DNA of 63,598 nt from Rhynchobatus australiae (taxonomy: Eukaryota). The stretch spans positions 17,026,790 through 17,090,387 of the forward strand of contig JAUZTB010000127.1 in NCBI GenBank assembly GCA_034780895.1. Direction: 5' to 3'. Position numbers and translations under genes: made by a program. Below, piece after piece: positions 48,336-62,197 of this stretch. Every line of letters starts with the position of its first letter. The stretch's first letter is position 1. Below the pieces are notes generated by a model. It saw only the letters and a list, made by a program, of their open reading frames with translations. It searched no databases and was not told the origin of the DNA.

Positions 48336-51300
48336 AATCCTTGCATCTCTGGAAGAGCTGTGTAGAGGAAGATAAAGATATTAACAGTTGGAGGGAGATG
48401 GAGGCAACAAGATCAAAACATTAACTACTCATTACCTAATAAGTAGAATTTTGCCTGGAGGTGTTTACTTCTAATAGCTATACATTTTGGAAAGGTTTTT
48501 TTTCTGTCTGAAGGTTCTGTTCAAAATTTCAGGGCTGATTTTGCTGGGGTGCTCCTCTCCCTTTTCTCATCATTGTCTCCCAAAGGGTGCGCTCTCTAAT
48601 ACTGAGCCCTGGACCTTTTGGAAAACAGATCATCAGCAAATTTCCAACAATCCTGTGAAACTCCTTTCTGTGTACCTTGCCAGTATACTTACAGCATTGT
48701 CAACATTAAAATCAACCCCTACAGCTTGTACTGGTGCAATTGAAAGAAGTGGGTCGCTTTTGAGTTTCTTTTAAGTACTTTGGGATGCTTTTTCATAAGC
48801 CAGAGGCAATCCATAAATGCATATTGTTGATGAAGTGCTTTGTGAGTTTGTTAACAATTACTTTTTAATTCATTATATGGATCAGTGCTTCAGGACAAGG
48901 ATTATTTTANNNNNNNNNNNNNNNNNNNNNNNNNNNNNNNNNNNNNNNNNNNNNNNNNNNNNNNNNNNNNNNNNNNNNNNNNNNNNNNAAGCCTTTTAGA
49001 GAGGGAAACAGTCATTAGTGAACTAGGATTACATCTGGATGTAACATGATTAAGGGATCTTGAGGAAGAGACTGCTCAATTTAAGTGCATCCACTTATCT
49101 GTTTATAAGTATGGTATATGCCTATGAATTTAAATCTGACAATTAAAGGTGAGTCCTTACAATAAACCATGCCCTACTTGACTGATTAATTACCAATTTA
49201 AACTCCATAGGGAGGTGTATATGTGGATGAATCTGTAATCCATAATAATAAACAAGAAAAAGTACCAAGGTGTAGAGCTAATATTATAATTACTTTACAA
49301 GCAGTCCTGATCATTTCAAGGTTGACATTTCCCGGGTCCCAACAGTGTAGTATGCTTAATTAGGAAATATTTCTACCATTTCCTCCTCCTATCAAGATTG
49401 TAAAGTGCATGAAGACATTTAGGATGATGCTGTCAAATGTAAATGCATGATTTATTTCCCCATTATTCCATGGAGTATTTGATCAGCTTTCTTTATGCTT
49501 CTAACCTTCACATTATATCTTAATATTTAGTCCACATACTTTTTAGAAGCTATTAGTCAACACAAGTGCACAAACCAGATAAGTTGCAACAATTGGCAAT
49601 GCTTCATCCTTTTAATTTGGTTCCAAACTTGGAAACTTCCTCTGGTTTTGAGGTAGGATTCTATTGCATATGGAACTATGTCACCACTCTGTATTGTTTT
49701 TGTGTCTTTTTGAATGGGAGGCTAAAGGCCAGATTAAATTGATAACATTGAGGATCCTGATTAGGGACATCTTTCTCTTGATAAGGAAGCATAACCACTC
49801 TGGTTACAGATTTAAGATAATAGCTGGAAGGATTTGGGGAACTGAAGGAAGAAAAAAATAACTGAATAGTGGTGGTCTGGAAATCATCCCCAAAGGGATG
49901 GCAGAGGCAAAAATCTTTTCAAATTCAAAAAATGAACATTTATTGTGTTAGCACATGGAAAGTGGATTTGGTCCCAATAGACTCTTTTATGGAGTTATGG
50001 ACACAGTGTGCTGAATGCCTCCCCCTTGTGCTTTTTTTTTATTAAAAGGCCTTTTGTGTTGTGATCTGTCTGTCCATTTGATTGCTATCTCACAGCATAT
50101 ACAAGGAAGAGTCGGATGTGAAAACAACAGGAGCTAGGGCTTTGGAAAAACTGAATTGGACAAGCAATTGGAGCAGTACCTCACTGGGAACTGAGGCTGC
50201 ACCTGCACAGGGATCTGGAATGTTTCATGTTTGTCATGAGAGGGGTAGAAATGAACAATGAGCTGTAACTCCAGTTCATTTATTTGTTCTTGCATCATTA
50301 CATTTTTTTAAAAATAAAAGGTTTATTTCTTAAGAAATGTTAATGCTCCCCCCGCCCCACAGTTTTCCGATGCTTAAATTTGGGAATTTTATTGAGAACC
50401 TTCCTCTAGACCTGTGTATTGATATCAGTCTTTCCAGAATACACCAGTTTATCTGTTCTATAATTAGGCTAAACGCATAACAAAAAACACTGCAAAATAT
50501 TTAAACAGAAACCAATGACAACATTTTATGAGAAACCCACCCATGATAACCCAAAGAAGCATTGGGATGCAATGCAAGTCTGACAAAGCAAACTCCAAGA
50601 AAGGGAAAGTAAACTTTGAGTGCATGCTTCCAACCATAAGAATATTCCAGGAAGCTCTGTACTGATTTGAATGGGTGGCTTTATAATTTTGTTATAAATT
50701 GTCCTTTTTTTAATGTAATTCTTTACACTTTGAATATTCTGGTAAACGATAGATTTGCTTTCAACTTTTTCATCCTTGCCCATCCCTTTCCAACCAGCTT
50801 GTGTCTGTCCTGATTACATCTGACTTCCTCCAATGCATCTTCATCACTAGCATGACCCTCTCCTCCTGTCTTATCTGAGGCAAGGTGCCTTTCTTCTATT
50901 ACCCTCTCCTTTGTCCCTCTTTGAGTGGCTGTACCTTAATCCCCTTTTGAGTTGCATGCCGTTGCTCTTAGTTCTCCTGAGTGTTTTTCCCATTCCCACC
51001 GGTTCTGTCATGGTGTGACACATTGACCTTGACCAGCCATTCCATGCACAAGCTTACCCCAGCATTTATTCTACTGATTTCAGAAACTTTCAGAATGATT
51101 TTCATAAGCCTTTTTCTCTTGGCTGTAGCCTTTGAGATTTCCCTGTTTTCTGACTTTCCCACCATATTCTCAATGCTCAAATAAGCTGTTGATAACAACT
51201 GGTTTCTCGCTCTGACTGCTTGCTAGTTCTTGCTGCAAGTCTGCTACCAGCAACCTGCATTGTTTTTCTGGCCACCTTCCTTTCTACCCGATGCTTTCTT

Positions 51301-52969
51301 TTTCAAAAAGAAAACTGAGTTGCTAATTATTTCTTTTATTCAAACACATAGTAAAAGGCCACTGACCTGAAATTTAACTGTCATTTCCACAGTATCTTTT
51401 TAATATAACACAATTTATCATACTCAGTCACCTTAAAAATGGTGTTGATAAATTGTTTGCTTAACATGGAATAAAACAGCATGCCTTCTGACTGATTTGG
51501 AATAATTTGAATATGTTTATAATATTAATTCAAGAGCCAATATCATGAACTTATAGTTAATTATGGACAATCAAAACAGCACCAGGCCAAAGGAGGTGCT
51601 GTTCAGACAGGTGACCAATTACTAGGTCATAGAATACCTGGAGGGCAAGAGAGATAGACGGAAGGGATGCTGGAGCATCCAGAAGATCACAGATGGAGTA
51701 GGAGGTCATTTACTGGATGAGATTGCAGGAGGTGACTGGGAAAAGATCACAAGTGGGGTATGGAGGGAAATCACAATTATAGGTAGTGACAGCTGGGGAG
51801 TGGTTAAGAGAAGACCAAGTTGTTCGTCTGGGGGGGGGGGGGGTTGGGGTTTATGGTTTGGTGGTGATGAATGAGAAATCTGCCTTGAGCCTGAAGTCAG
51901 TGAGGGGAATTAAGGCAATGGCTGAGGGGTTTTGGGGTCAATCATACAATTGGGCTGATGGAGAGGACATGAGATCCTTACAAACCCAGAGTCTGAGGTG
52001 AGGGGAAGGACAATGGAGAATAGAAGGCATTGGTGATGAGAGTGAACCCTAAGCAAAATGTTTAAAAGCCAACTCAGCAGAAAGTCGGCAGTTTGGACCT
52101 GCCAGTAGTGAGTCAGGTGAGTGGGAGTAAACATAGCTCTGCAGTGAGGGCCTCCTTTAGCATCAGTGATGCTTGCTGTTGTGAGCCTCAGAAGCAAACA
52201 AATTTTGTGCAGATGATGTTCGACTTATGAGATCAAATATGGTTGGTGGACTTCAACCAGCTGCATAGCACACCGGTCTACTTGGAATAAGTATTTGAAA
52301 CTGATTAATGGACACAAATGGAGATTGGATTTTGGATTAAGTTCCTTTGTGTAGCTCGATTCAAAAGAAGTTTTAAATCAACATCTCTTGTACTGTGTTG
52401 GTACAGTAATCATATGGCATGGAAATAGGTGCTTTAGTTCATCATGTCTTCCCACCCAGCAGATGCTCATCTACACACATTCCCTTTTTTTTCTCGCATG
52501 CCCATCAATTCTCCTTTGACCTCCTAGTTCTCTTGCTAACCACAGACAGCTGGAGCAGTTTACAGAAACCAACCAGCATGACTTTGGCATTTTGGAAGAA
52601 ATTTGAGTTCTGGGGATGTGGGGGAAACTCGTGCATTAATAGGGAGAACATGCGAACTCTATGTGAATGGCATCCAATTCAGTTACCTGTTTTCAACACA
52701 ATAGTTTGTACTTGGGCAAGACCTTTCATGATATATTAATTGAACTGCAGGGTTTCAGCAGAAAGAATCTGAGGTCCTATTTCAGGTTTTTAAGGAATGG
52801 GTAGGTGCTGATATAAAGTAGCGAATAAAAGAAACTCTCACTAATGTAGTTTGCACTAAAAGGAGTATAACCAGTGGTACTTCAGTGATCATGTTTTCTG
52901 TTTCCCTGTATTGGACACTGTACACCAGCAGGATTCGTGCACTAATGCACACACTGTGTCACTTTAGCA

Positions 52970-53580
52970 CACTGCTGGCACTCTTGCTTCTGAATCATAA
53001 CCATTGTGCATTCAAGCTGCTCTCTGACACACAATACAGGCTCACATCGCTGCAGTTATGGGTGAGTTCTGTATTATTAGACGTGGCAATTTTCAGGCCA
53101 CATGTTAAAATGAAATCTCATCTGCCTTTTTGAATGGTTTTCAGTAACACTTCTTGGAGTTTAGCAATCTCCTCACCAGCTGGTCACTTGCAGGCATCAC
53201 TATGAAAACAGTTTGCTTGTAACTTCCCCAGGCTTCTCTTGATTTGTACAAGGTTTGCTTGCTTTGCCTTGATTTGCTTCTGCCCTCTTCCCTTCCAGTC
53301 CTAATGAAGGGTCTCAGCCCAAAATGTTGACTGTTTATTTCCCTCCATAGATGCTGCCTGGCCTACTGAGTTCCTCCAGCACTTATTGTCAATTGCTTGA
53401 CTTGCTGTCATTTTCCACAGACTGTCAGGAGCCACTCCTTCGTTTCTGTGGGTGTTATCTGTACTCCATTCTCCCTGTGAAAATCCTAAGCAATTAACCA
53501 TTCTCAGTGGCCATTTTTGTTTTGGATCTTGCTGTGTGCACACTAGCTGCCAAATTTGCATATGTGATAATGCTCAACTA
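52970..53580 (+). mobile_element. Deu-domain SINE (SacSINE1-like) interrupted by a Penelope terminal fragment
   Basis: Head gcactcttgcttctgaatca...ttcaagc at ~52978; Deu-like core ggatcttgctgtgtgcacactagctgcc at ~53524. Confidence 0.55.
53280..53392 (+). mobile_element. Penelope terminal fragment with the best-preserved minimal hammerhead ribozyme relic
   Basis: CAGTC-CTAATGA-aGGG-tctcag-CCC-AAAA-tgtt-GACTG (53296-53333) then atagatgctgcctggcctactgagttcctccagca. Confidence 0.75.
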
Positions 53581-56019
53581 GCCTGCAAAAATTGGTGGGA
53601 GGATCTTGGTGATCAAGTAACCTTGGAGCCTCTTTCTTGGAGTGGATTCCTGGGTCTATTTTCCACCGGCTGCCAGCTGATTGGAGCAGTTCAAGGCACG
53701 CAAGGCTTGCCTGCCAAGCAAAGATGTTGTTTAAATTGGCTCTTGTTGGAATACAAAGTCAGGACAACTGTTTGTCATTAGAGTCTTTGAGAAAGGGGAT
53801 ATTGTTGCATGAGATGAGGTTGATTTAAATTTTTTTTTAAATGACAAGTGCACAGTATTTTGTACAAAGTTTTATATCAAGAAACAGAGTGTTGTGTTGC
53901 TCTACTTGAGCTTGCTCTATCACTATAATGCTCCCATTCTATTTTTCCCATGTGGTTGTTCAAGTTTCCATGAAGCTGTGCTATTTTGCTTAAGCACTTC
54001 TAGTACAGAATTCCAATCTCCTGGCAATTTTTGTGTGTGGTGGGGAGGGGGAATCAAAAACTGCAGCTTCTGGAACTCCTTTGGATCTTTCACCTTTACT
54101 TTTCTCTTCCTATAGTTCCACACATGATTGAGTTTTCATTGTTCCATCTAATCTACCCTCTCCTGATCCTGAACAATCAGTACTCAGCAGAGGTGTCTGT
54201 TTCATATCCTCTTGGCATCCCCTTTGTGACCAGGTATCTGGGTGAGCACTTGAGTCACCAAAGGAAAGGCAGCTACCAACCATGCTGGTAAATGTGATTA
54301 GTATAGATAGGTGCTTGATGGTTGGCATGTACACGGTTGGCTAAAGTTTCTGTACTGTATGACTATGAATGTTTGTGAATATTATTTGTATTCAAACATG
54401 TTGAGCACTTTTTTAATGTTTTAAAAAAATTGTATTTTAAATCAACAGAATGAAATCATCAAACAAAATTAACTTGCACTTGCTGTTTTCCCCTCATCCA
54501 TTTCCACCTGTTGAAATCAAAGACTCTCTGGACTTTTCCATGTGAAGATGGTGCAGGCTTAGAGGTAGATTTCCTACTTGGGAATGTGAGAGTGCATTGG
54601 TGTGGTGCAAGTGTCCCATGAGCAGCATTTCACAGCATTGGGAGTACAGAGTTTCCACCCAGTTGTGGGTGAAAGGCAGCAAATCCTATCCTTGAGAGAA
54701 AGATCAGGGCCTGTATTGGTGTGAAGTTTATACTAAATACATAATTTACTTTACATCCACATGGAAACAAATTAATTTATATACAAAACAAAACAATTAT
54801 TTTTTTTTGCTCAAACACAATTCTTGACATTAACAGTCAAGAATATTTATTTTATTATCTTAGCTTTACTCCAAATTAAGTTTACCCTCACATAATAATA
54901 CTAAACAGTTTCTTTGTAATGATCAGTTGCCTCTCACAGATTTTCTGCTACATGCTAATTTTACACTTGTGTGCTTATTTAAATTTATTTATTTTACAAG
55001 CACAGCTGCTTTTGCTCCGCATGATTTTTGAAGCAATCTAAATANNNNNNNNNNNNNNNNNNNNNNNNNNNNNNNNNNNNNNNNNNNNNNNNNNNNNNNN
55101 NNNNNNNNNNNNNNNNNNNNNNNNNNNNNNNNNNNNNNNNNNNNAGTAGTAACATGGATATAAAGAAATTTTGTCTTGTGGTGACTCTTTTTAAAAAAAA
55201 AGTAAATCTTCCCGCTGCTAATTTACGTAGGGAGAGAAATGTTTTTAGTAATCTGTAGATGGCAGCTGCTCACACATAGAATTAGTTGTTGGCTAAGTGG
55301 AAACATTTTGTGGATTTAGCCAACAAGAGGGAAAAATTCTTGCTTGTAATCAAAACCAACTCCTTCAACACCAAAGGGTGAATGGAAATTATGAGAATAA
55401 ATAAGTGGGAACACAATGCTTGAAAGATGCTAATTTGGAGGTTAATTTTCTGCTAAGAGATGATTATGGAGCTGAAATGAATTACCGCTATATTGTGTGA
55501 TAAACATTTTATCTCCAACACAGAAATAAATGAAGAAAATTTTGTCATTAAAACTGATATATTTTCATAAACTGTTTGTTTTATTTTTCAATGCACTTAA
55601 CCCAGTCACCAGTAGCTACATATGAAATAGTATTTCATTTTCTTTAATTTTGCAGCTTTTCTCTTTGTTCTATTTGCTTAATTTTAATTGCATACTCAAT
55701 GGGGGGGAAAAAGGCATTTGGCTGCTTAAAAGCACACAAACAACTTACTTGATACTCTCTAGACAAATCAATAGAATAAATTTGAGCTACAACTTTTCAG
55801 AGTAATAGCACCACCTGTGGCACAGATACTGAAAGACTGAACAGTTGAGCTTCTAATATAGATTTGTATTGTTTCACTACAAATTCATTATCTTGTACTT
55901 CCTTTTTAAGGTGGTGATTTCTTGTGACTTAACAAGTTGAAAATACATTTTTCCTAATAGATCTTCTCAAAACCTCTCATACTTTTAACCATATTTACTT
56001 AGTTTACTATGTTTACTTG

Positions 56020-56225
56020 GTGGAGTGGGCAGCAGAGAACCGTTGACTCATAGTTCCAGCGACCTGGGTTTGATCATGATCTCCTGTGCTGTCTGTGTGG
56101 AGCTTGCACGTTCTTCCTGTGACTGCATGGGATTTCCCTGGGGTGCTCTGGTCTCTTCATTTGGGTGATGGTAGGTGAGGACCTGGGTTGAGGGTGTCTT
56201 TCCACGTTGTATCTCTCTGTGTCTT
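56020..56225 (+). mobile_element. V-SINE (HE1-like) copy
   Basis: gacctgggtttgatc B-box-like; ctgtctgtgtggagcttgcacgttcttcctgtgactgcatggg V-domain. Confidence 0.75.
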
Positions 56226-56394
56226 GTTTTTCATTCTCCAAAGTTTCTTATCACTGATGCCATCCAGAGAGTTTGTGCCCTTCTCAAAGATGCTCAAAAA
56301 TGAACATGCTTCTCTGATGGGGCTCAGACTGAGAAGAAGCCGTCAAAAATACTCATAGACCTGTTGGGGTGAATGGCCTGCTAGCTTGCTTATT

Positions 56395-56700
56395 ATAGCA
56401 CAAATGGAGGCTATTCAGCCCACTGAGTACATGGTTCCCAGCAGAGTAATCCCATTAGTCCAATTCTCTCTATTTCCTTGTAACCTTACAATTTATTCTC
56501 TCCCACATGCCTGCCAACTTCCCTTGGATTCTTTTGTCATCCACTGACACCAGGAACAATTTAGAGTGGCTAATTCCTCATCTTTGGGATTTGGGAGGAA
56601 ATGGGAGCACCTAGTGGAAATCTACACAGTTGCAGGGAGAATGTACAGCAAAGCTCAAGATTGACCCTTGGTCAGTGGAGCTGTGAGGCACAGTAAGTGG
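56395..56700 (-). mobile_element. V-SINE (HE1-like) copy, inverted relative to 56020-56225
   Basis: tgggaggaaatgggagcacctagtggaaatctacacagttgcagggagaatgtac...ggagctgtgaggca. Confidence 0.7.
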
Positions 56701-59700
56701 GCACAGGAATTCTCTCGCCTAATACAACCTGTATTTATATGCACAGTGCACTCAAATTTTATCTGAAAATTGAAAGCTGTGCACTTTCTGGACAATCTCA
56801 AGTGGCTTCTAAGTACTCCATGCATATTAACATACTGGTGCATGGAGGCATGGGTGCATACGCACATGCAGTCAGATACTCACTGAACTTCTACTGTATT
56901 CACAGTGTGGTGGGAATGCCTTTGTGCAATAATAAGCCTAGAAACCATTGAAAAGCTTTTTGCATGATTTGCAGTGGTTGCAACCATTTCCTTTAAGTCA
57001 TGTACATTGGGCACTTCTGGTTGTGATTCACTCCAGCTTGGCTGTCATTTCCTCTTCGTCATTTGTGCACATGATGTTAAGTTTTTTTTTAAATTAACAA
57101 CAAATTGGATTAAAAGGTTGTGACCTGCAGCCTTCATTTTTACTCAGTTAAGAAAGGATCAAAACATGCAGTAAATCAGGAACTGTACATGATTTAAAAG
57201 GTTCATGCTGAGACTTTTTAAACTCACTGATTCCCCCACATTGATAAGAACATGTGTACAACTTATTGCAAGGTGTTGTGATCTATAGCCTCTGATCAGT
57301 GTAGCATAGCTCAGTTGGGACTGTTCCATAGCATGGGGTGGTGGTGCTATAAGTTTATTGTGTAGCTTTGTGTCCTGCCCTCTATTTTCCACACAGACAT
57401 ACACGTTCCCTCTTCAGCATAGAGCCACACAGGATGGCACAGAGAGTTCACTTTAACGGTGCTGACTCGCTTGTCATGGGGCAACATGAAGTGACATGGC
57501 GGCTGTGAGCTCGGGAAGCAGCTGCCATCTGTGAATATGCAAGTTGGGTCCTACCTCTTGTAAGTTGGAGAAAACTATGTCATTAATTCCTTTAAAGTGA
57601 AGATGTCCCAGTTTAGCAAGTTTTTTTAGGTGATCCCTCCCTCAAATTACCAAAATACAGCAAGCTTTTAGTTCACCAAATTGGAAGAAATCCACCTTCT
57701 GGACGATAGAGGGCAAGATCTGTTCTATCATGGATTGGCCCTTGTGTGCACAAATAAATTGCTATAAAAATTGTGTAAAATAAAAATTGTGCAGATCTAT
57801 CATCCATCAGCAGTTAAGCGCACCCTTGAGGTTGTAGAAGGTCTTGCACACTCTGTCCCTGTTCTTAAATCAAAGACCTTTGTGTGGTGGTGGTGGGGAG
57901 GGAGAGAGAATTTTTTTCAACACTTTAGTCAACCTGCCCTCCATTTTTTATATCAATGCACAGTATGTTATTAGTTCTATCTTAATTAAGGTTTAGGATG
58001 TCAAAATGATAAAATGGGATGCCAAGATAGTGGGGGGAGAAAAAGAGGTACCTGTAAAGTCCTGGAGTCGATAGGGGAGCAGTTGCCACTTCTGGGTCCT
58101 AGAATCAAGGTTGGTGGGGCCCTTTTCAATTGCACCATTGATTAAATTGTAAGACTGCTATTGGAACCTAGAGTAAAATTCATTCAGGCTGGCATGAGGA
58201 TCTAGCAACATCATTGGCTGGGAGTCGTATTGTTTTGCTCTCTTGATGACATTGACGCACATTATCGAATCCTTTTGGATTTTAGATGAGCTAGCAGGTG
58301 GCATATTTAAATATTGAGCCTGGATTATAGCACTACCTCTTTATGTAAATCTGGCAGACTTTATCAAAATGAAAGGAAAAGAGAACTTTTTTTCAGACAA
58401 AAGTCTTGCTGGATAGATGAAAGGGAGAATTCTTTTAAACTATTTGACATCCAAAATGATCATGATGGCAATTCTTGGCAAATTGAAAGTTCAGTACAAC
58501 TCTGAGTGCCTCTCCCTTAAATAAACAGGCATCTGCTGAAGTTGACAGTCTTTACATGCACAGTGAGGAAAATGTACATCCGGAGACAACTTGCATCCAT
58601 GGACTCCAAGCTGCAGCAAAGCAAAACAAAAGGGAGTGGTGTGTGCTGCTGGTCGTGGTCAAGTATCTGATTTTAGCTTGCCCATGAATCTCTTGTGGGA
58701 CTGTCCACCTCTGAATACATTGTGCAGCAGTTTGATATCTGAGTTTTCTTACAGTAAAACAGTTACTTTCCTGGACAGGCGGGAAACATGCATGATTTAG
58801 CAAGTTTGAGTTTTGTAAATCGCATTGAGAAGCAAATTTGAAATGGGAATTGTGCGTTGGGTGAAACAGGACTGATCATAGGCTGGATTTGCTCAGAATA
58901 GGGAAGACCATAGATAATTAGAGAGGAATTGGGCAGATTGTAGACCAAATTTGGTCAAGAAGGGTATTCATTCTGAAATGATAACTCAGTTTCTCTTTCC
59001 ATACCAGCTGTGTATTTCTAGCATTTTTTAGTTTGGTTAGTTGGACTAGATTGCACTAAATAGGAATTAGCATTGTCCTTATTGTCAAAGTAATAGTAAG
59101 GCTAAAGGCACTGCAGCTATTTTTCAGTAAATGCTGCAGCCCCAGACAGCAAGCAGATCTGTGGTTTTGTTTAAATATCCAAATGTCGCTGTGAGAGTTA
59201 AGTTGAGCTGCTCTGCTGTGACTATCCCACGCTTAGATCCCTTTACCTATGTACTTGCTATATTCGTTCGTTAATCTTGCTACAGAATGTTAAGTTGTCA
59301 GAACAAGCTTGTATGCCTTTTTAACAACATAATACTCATTAATCATATCAAGGAAATATAGAGCACAGAAAGAGGCCATTCTGGCTCAGCAGTTGGTCTT
59401 GCACTGAACATTAATTGTTTCAGATGTGAAATTTCATTTTTTATAGTTTTGAACTATTAATAAAGATTTTTAAAATACCAAATTGTAATTAAAAATTCAA
59501 ACTTTTTTTTTATTTCCAAAGACGTACGGGTAGGTTAATATGGGTTTAAATTGAGCAGTGTGGACTCGTTGGGCCGAAAGGACCTGTTACCATGCTGTAA
59601 ATAAAATTTTAAATAAATTAAAATTTAAAATTTGTCTTCATCTCATGATCCACTCTTTTCCTCCTTTTTGTCTTTCTCTCTGCCTGAGCCTGATTTGACA

Positions 59701-61134
59701 TTAAATTCACTGTCTTAACTTGTGTCCCTTCTCACTCCTTCCCGTGTTTATTTCCTGAATCTGAGTTGAGTAGATGTCCGGACTTGTGTACCAGTTTCCC
59801 TCGTCATGCTGCTAGCAGCTGAGCTGGCACTTTCTGATACTTGGTGGGTGAATGATTTGGGCCAAATCATGTCCCATGAATGGCAGATGCTGTTGAAAAC
59901 CCTGCTGCAGCAAATCTTGGCTCTTTAGATGCCTTTTAAAGGGCAGTCTTGCACATTCATGTTTCAGGCCCTGAGGAGTGTAATTACTATTGAAACAACA
60001 ATATTTTGATTTATAATTTGGGTTTTTGTTTTAACTTTGTAAATGTGTGGCCAAATATAAAAGAGCTTTATTTGAGGCTTAAGTGATTCAAGCTGCCACT
60101 TTAGATCGGATCACTTAATTTCATTGAACTCGGAGAGGCTCATTGATCTATCAAAACTGGTTTCCCTGCTGGATGTTAATCTTCAAACTTGTATTGTCAC
60201 AGCTACAGGGGCCATTGAACTGACTGATGTAGAGCACTGTGTCAGTTTCGCTGAATTTAGATTCTTTGTAGTGCGGCAGGTGAAGAGGAAGGTTCACTTT
60301 CTTTTTAAAAAAGACCTTGAATTCAGCCCAAGCTGATTTTTTTTAAAAGGTCATCTGACATCTAGCTGTATAGGTTCAGTGTAAAATGAGTTTGAAATGA
60401 CTAAATCCCATAATTAATTGGTGCAGGTGCTCTGCACAGTTTGCCCATAATTTTATTCTCAAGGTACATTCATGTTTATGTTTTTGTTTTAAATAAATAT
60501 TTACAAATAGTGCAAAATATGGGCTGGAGAGGCCATGGGATGTTAGAGCTCAGATCTACCATGGGTGCTTTTATGGATGTTATTTGTTCTCTTTTAAGCA
60601 ATCCAGGGTCTTATGTAACCAATTTGTCATTTTCTACTTGAACTATACACCTAAGGATGTAACAATGAAATATTCTTACAATACCAACTAAATTTCTGTG
60701 TATTAAGCACATTGGAGATATTATTTGATTTGTAAGTTGCATCATGCTTCAGTACTCAAAGTATACAGAAAACTGAGAACAATGAAAAACATTTGATGCA
60801 ATCAATCTAACTTGTGTTTATGTACCATTTTAGTAAACAAAGGGCATGTGAATGTTAGACCACTCTATTAAAATGTTATTTTCTCTCTTTGCTACCTGGT
60901 CTGGTTACCAGGTCCTTTGGCACCCTGCTTTGGCCTGACTGTGCTTTAATGGCTCCCTTAGCCCTATAGTGATCAAATCTATTCCAGCACCAGTGTGTGA
61001 AGCATTCTGAACATCCAGACATTTTCTGTGAATTCTGTATAAATTCTGTTTCCACTCCTACCAGTCCACCCAGAGTTTCTCTCTCTCTCTCNNNNNNNNN
61101 NNNNNNNNNNNNNNNNNNNNNNNNNNNNNNNNNN

Positions 61135-61290
61135 CACCCTGGGTCCACCTGTCAACGACCAGCTCCTGTCCCTCTGTCCTCACCCTGCAGTGCTGGTGCA
61201 AGGTCTCGACCCAAAACATTGAGACATTCCTTTTGCCTCCACAGATTCACCCGGTGAATTCTGCTGGCAGTTACTCTTTTGCTCTATTGT
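61135..61290 (+). mobile_element. Penelope-like terminal fragment
   Basis: cagtgctggtgcaaggtctcgacccaaaacattg...ttttgcctccacaga. Confidence 0.55.
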
Positions 61291-61873
61291 CAGCCTAACC
61301 AACTCTCTATGCAACTGTCTCCAACCCAATCCTCTTAGACCCCTCATGCTAACCAGCCAGGACCAGTTATGCCACCAAAATCCCTCAGACCCCTTTAATT
61401 CCACTGATCCTATTCCAAATGCTCCCTCTGCTTCCTTGACCAAATTATGGAGCAACTGAAGGAAAGACCTATCTGTCACTCATGATACCATGGACCTTGA
61501 ATGTGATATAACCATTAAAAAGTAGCTCTTCACAAAACTGGCATGGAATTTGGAGCATTGCCATTTTAATATGACTTTTCAGGCACTGTAACTGCTAGCT
61601 TTAAATCTATATTTTAAGAGATTGTGTGGACCCAGCTGCTTTTAACTGTTTTTCATTTATAAAGTGTAATGATAGAGAGTGATCGTAATTTTTCTCTCTT
61701 GCATTATCTGCCTTCCTCCCTTCACTGTGCTCACCTTTTCACACTTCCAACTCGGTTGCAGTGCAGTAGCTACTATAAAGATAGTTATGGAAGTAATCGC
61801 TCATTCTATTTATGTTATGCTTAAATACTTAAGTCAAGTCTAAATTCAAATATGTTATTACCTGTTTCTCCAG

Positions 61874-62092
61874 AGGCAGAAAGCAGTTGGAAGGGACCCT
61901 TCTACTTCATTCAAGGAGCCGATCCACAGCTTGGCCTTATGAAAGCTTGGAAGGTTGGAGACTGCGACAACGGAGGAGATGAATGGCAGGAAGAGATCCA
62001 GCTCACAGAACAAGCAGTAAAGGCCATCAACACCCTGACACGCAAACCCAAGTTCTTTGTACTGTGTGGAGATCTGATTCATGCAATGCCAG
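61874..62092 (+). CDS. CPPED1: CPPED1 coding exon 2 (219 nt), N-terminal metallophosphoesterase motifs
   Basis: (E)[72 protein letters not shown](G), highly similar to human CPPED1 [49 protein letters not shown]...[17 protein letters not shown]. Acceptor ctccAG| and donor CCAG|GTAATC; phase 1-1. Confidence 0.97.
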
Positions 62093-62197
62093 GTAATCGC
62101 TACTCTCAAAACATTGAGCACATACAGACGGGCCTCGCGGGAGTACTGTATTCGCACTGTATTCATATTTTTTCTGAAGTACACAAAGATTTGTCCT

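Larger units (their letters stand above)
31573..61873 (+). other. CPPED1: CPPED1 intron 1 (30,301 bp in this assembly, GT-AG, phase 1)
   Basis: GT at 31573-31574 and cctgtttctccAG ending 61873; the splice gives ...[13 protein letters not shown]... in frame. Confidence 0.85.

Noticed and set aside
58291-58303. CTCF-like motif CTAGCAGGTGGCA (weaker ones at ~55252 and ~55808)
   Set aside because: Single short motif matches are expected by chance in 63 kb; no supporting evidence.
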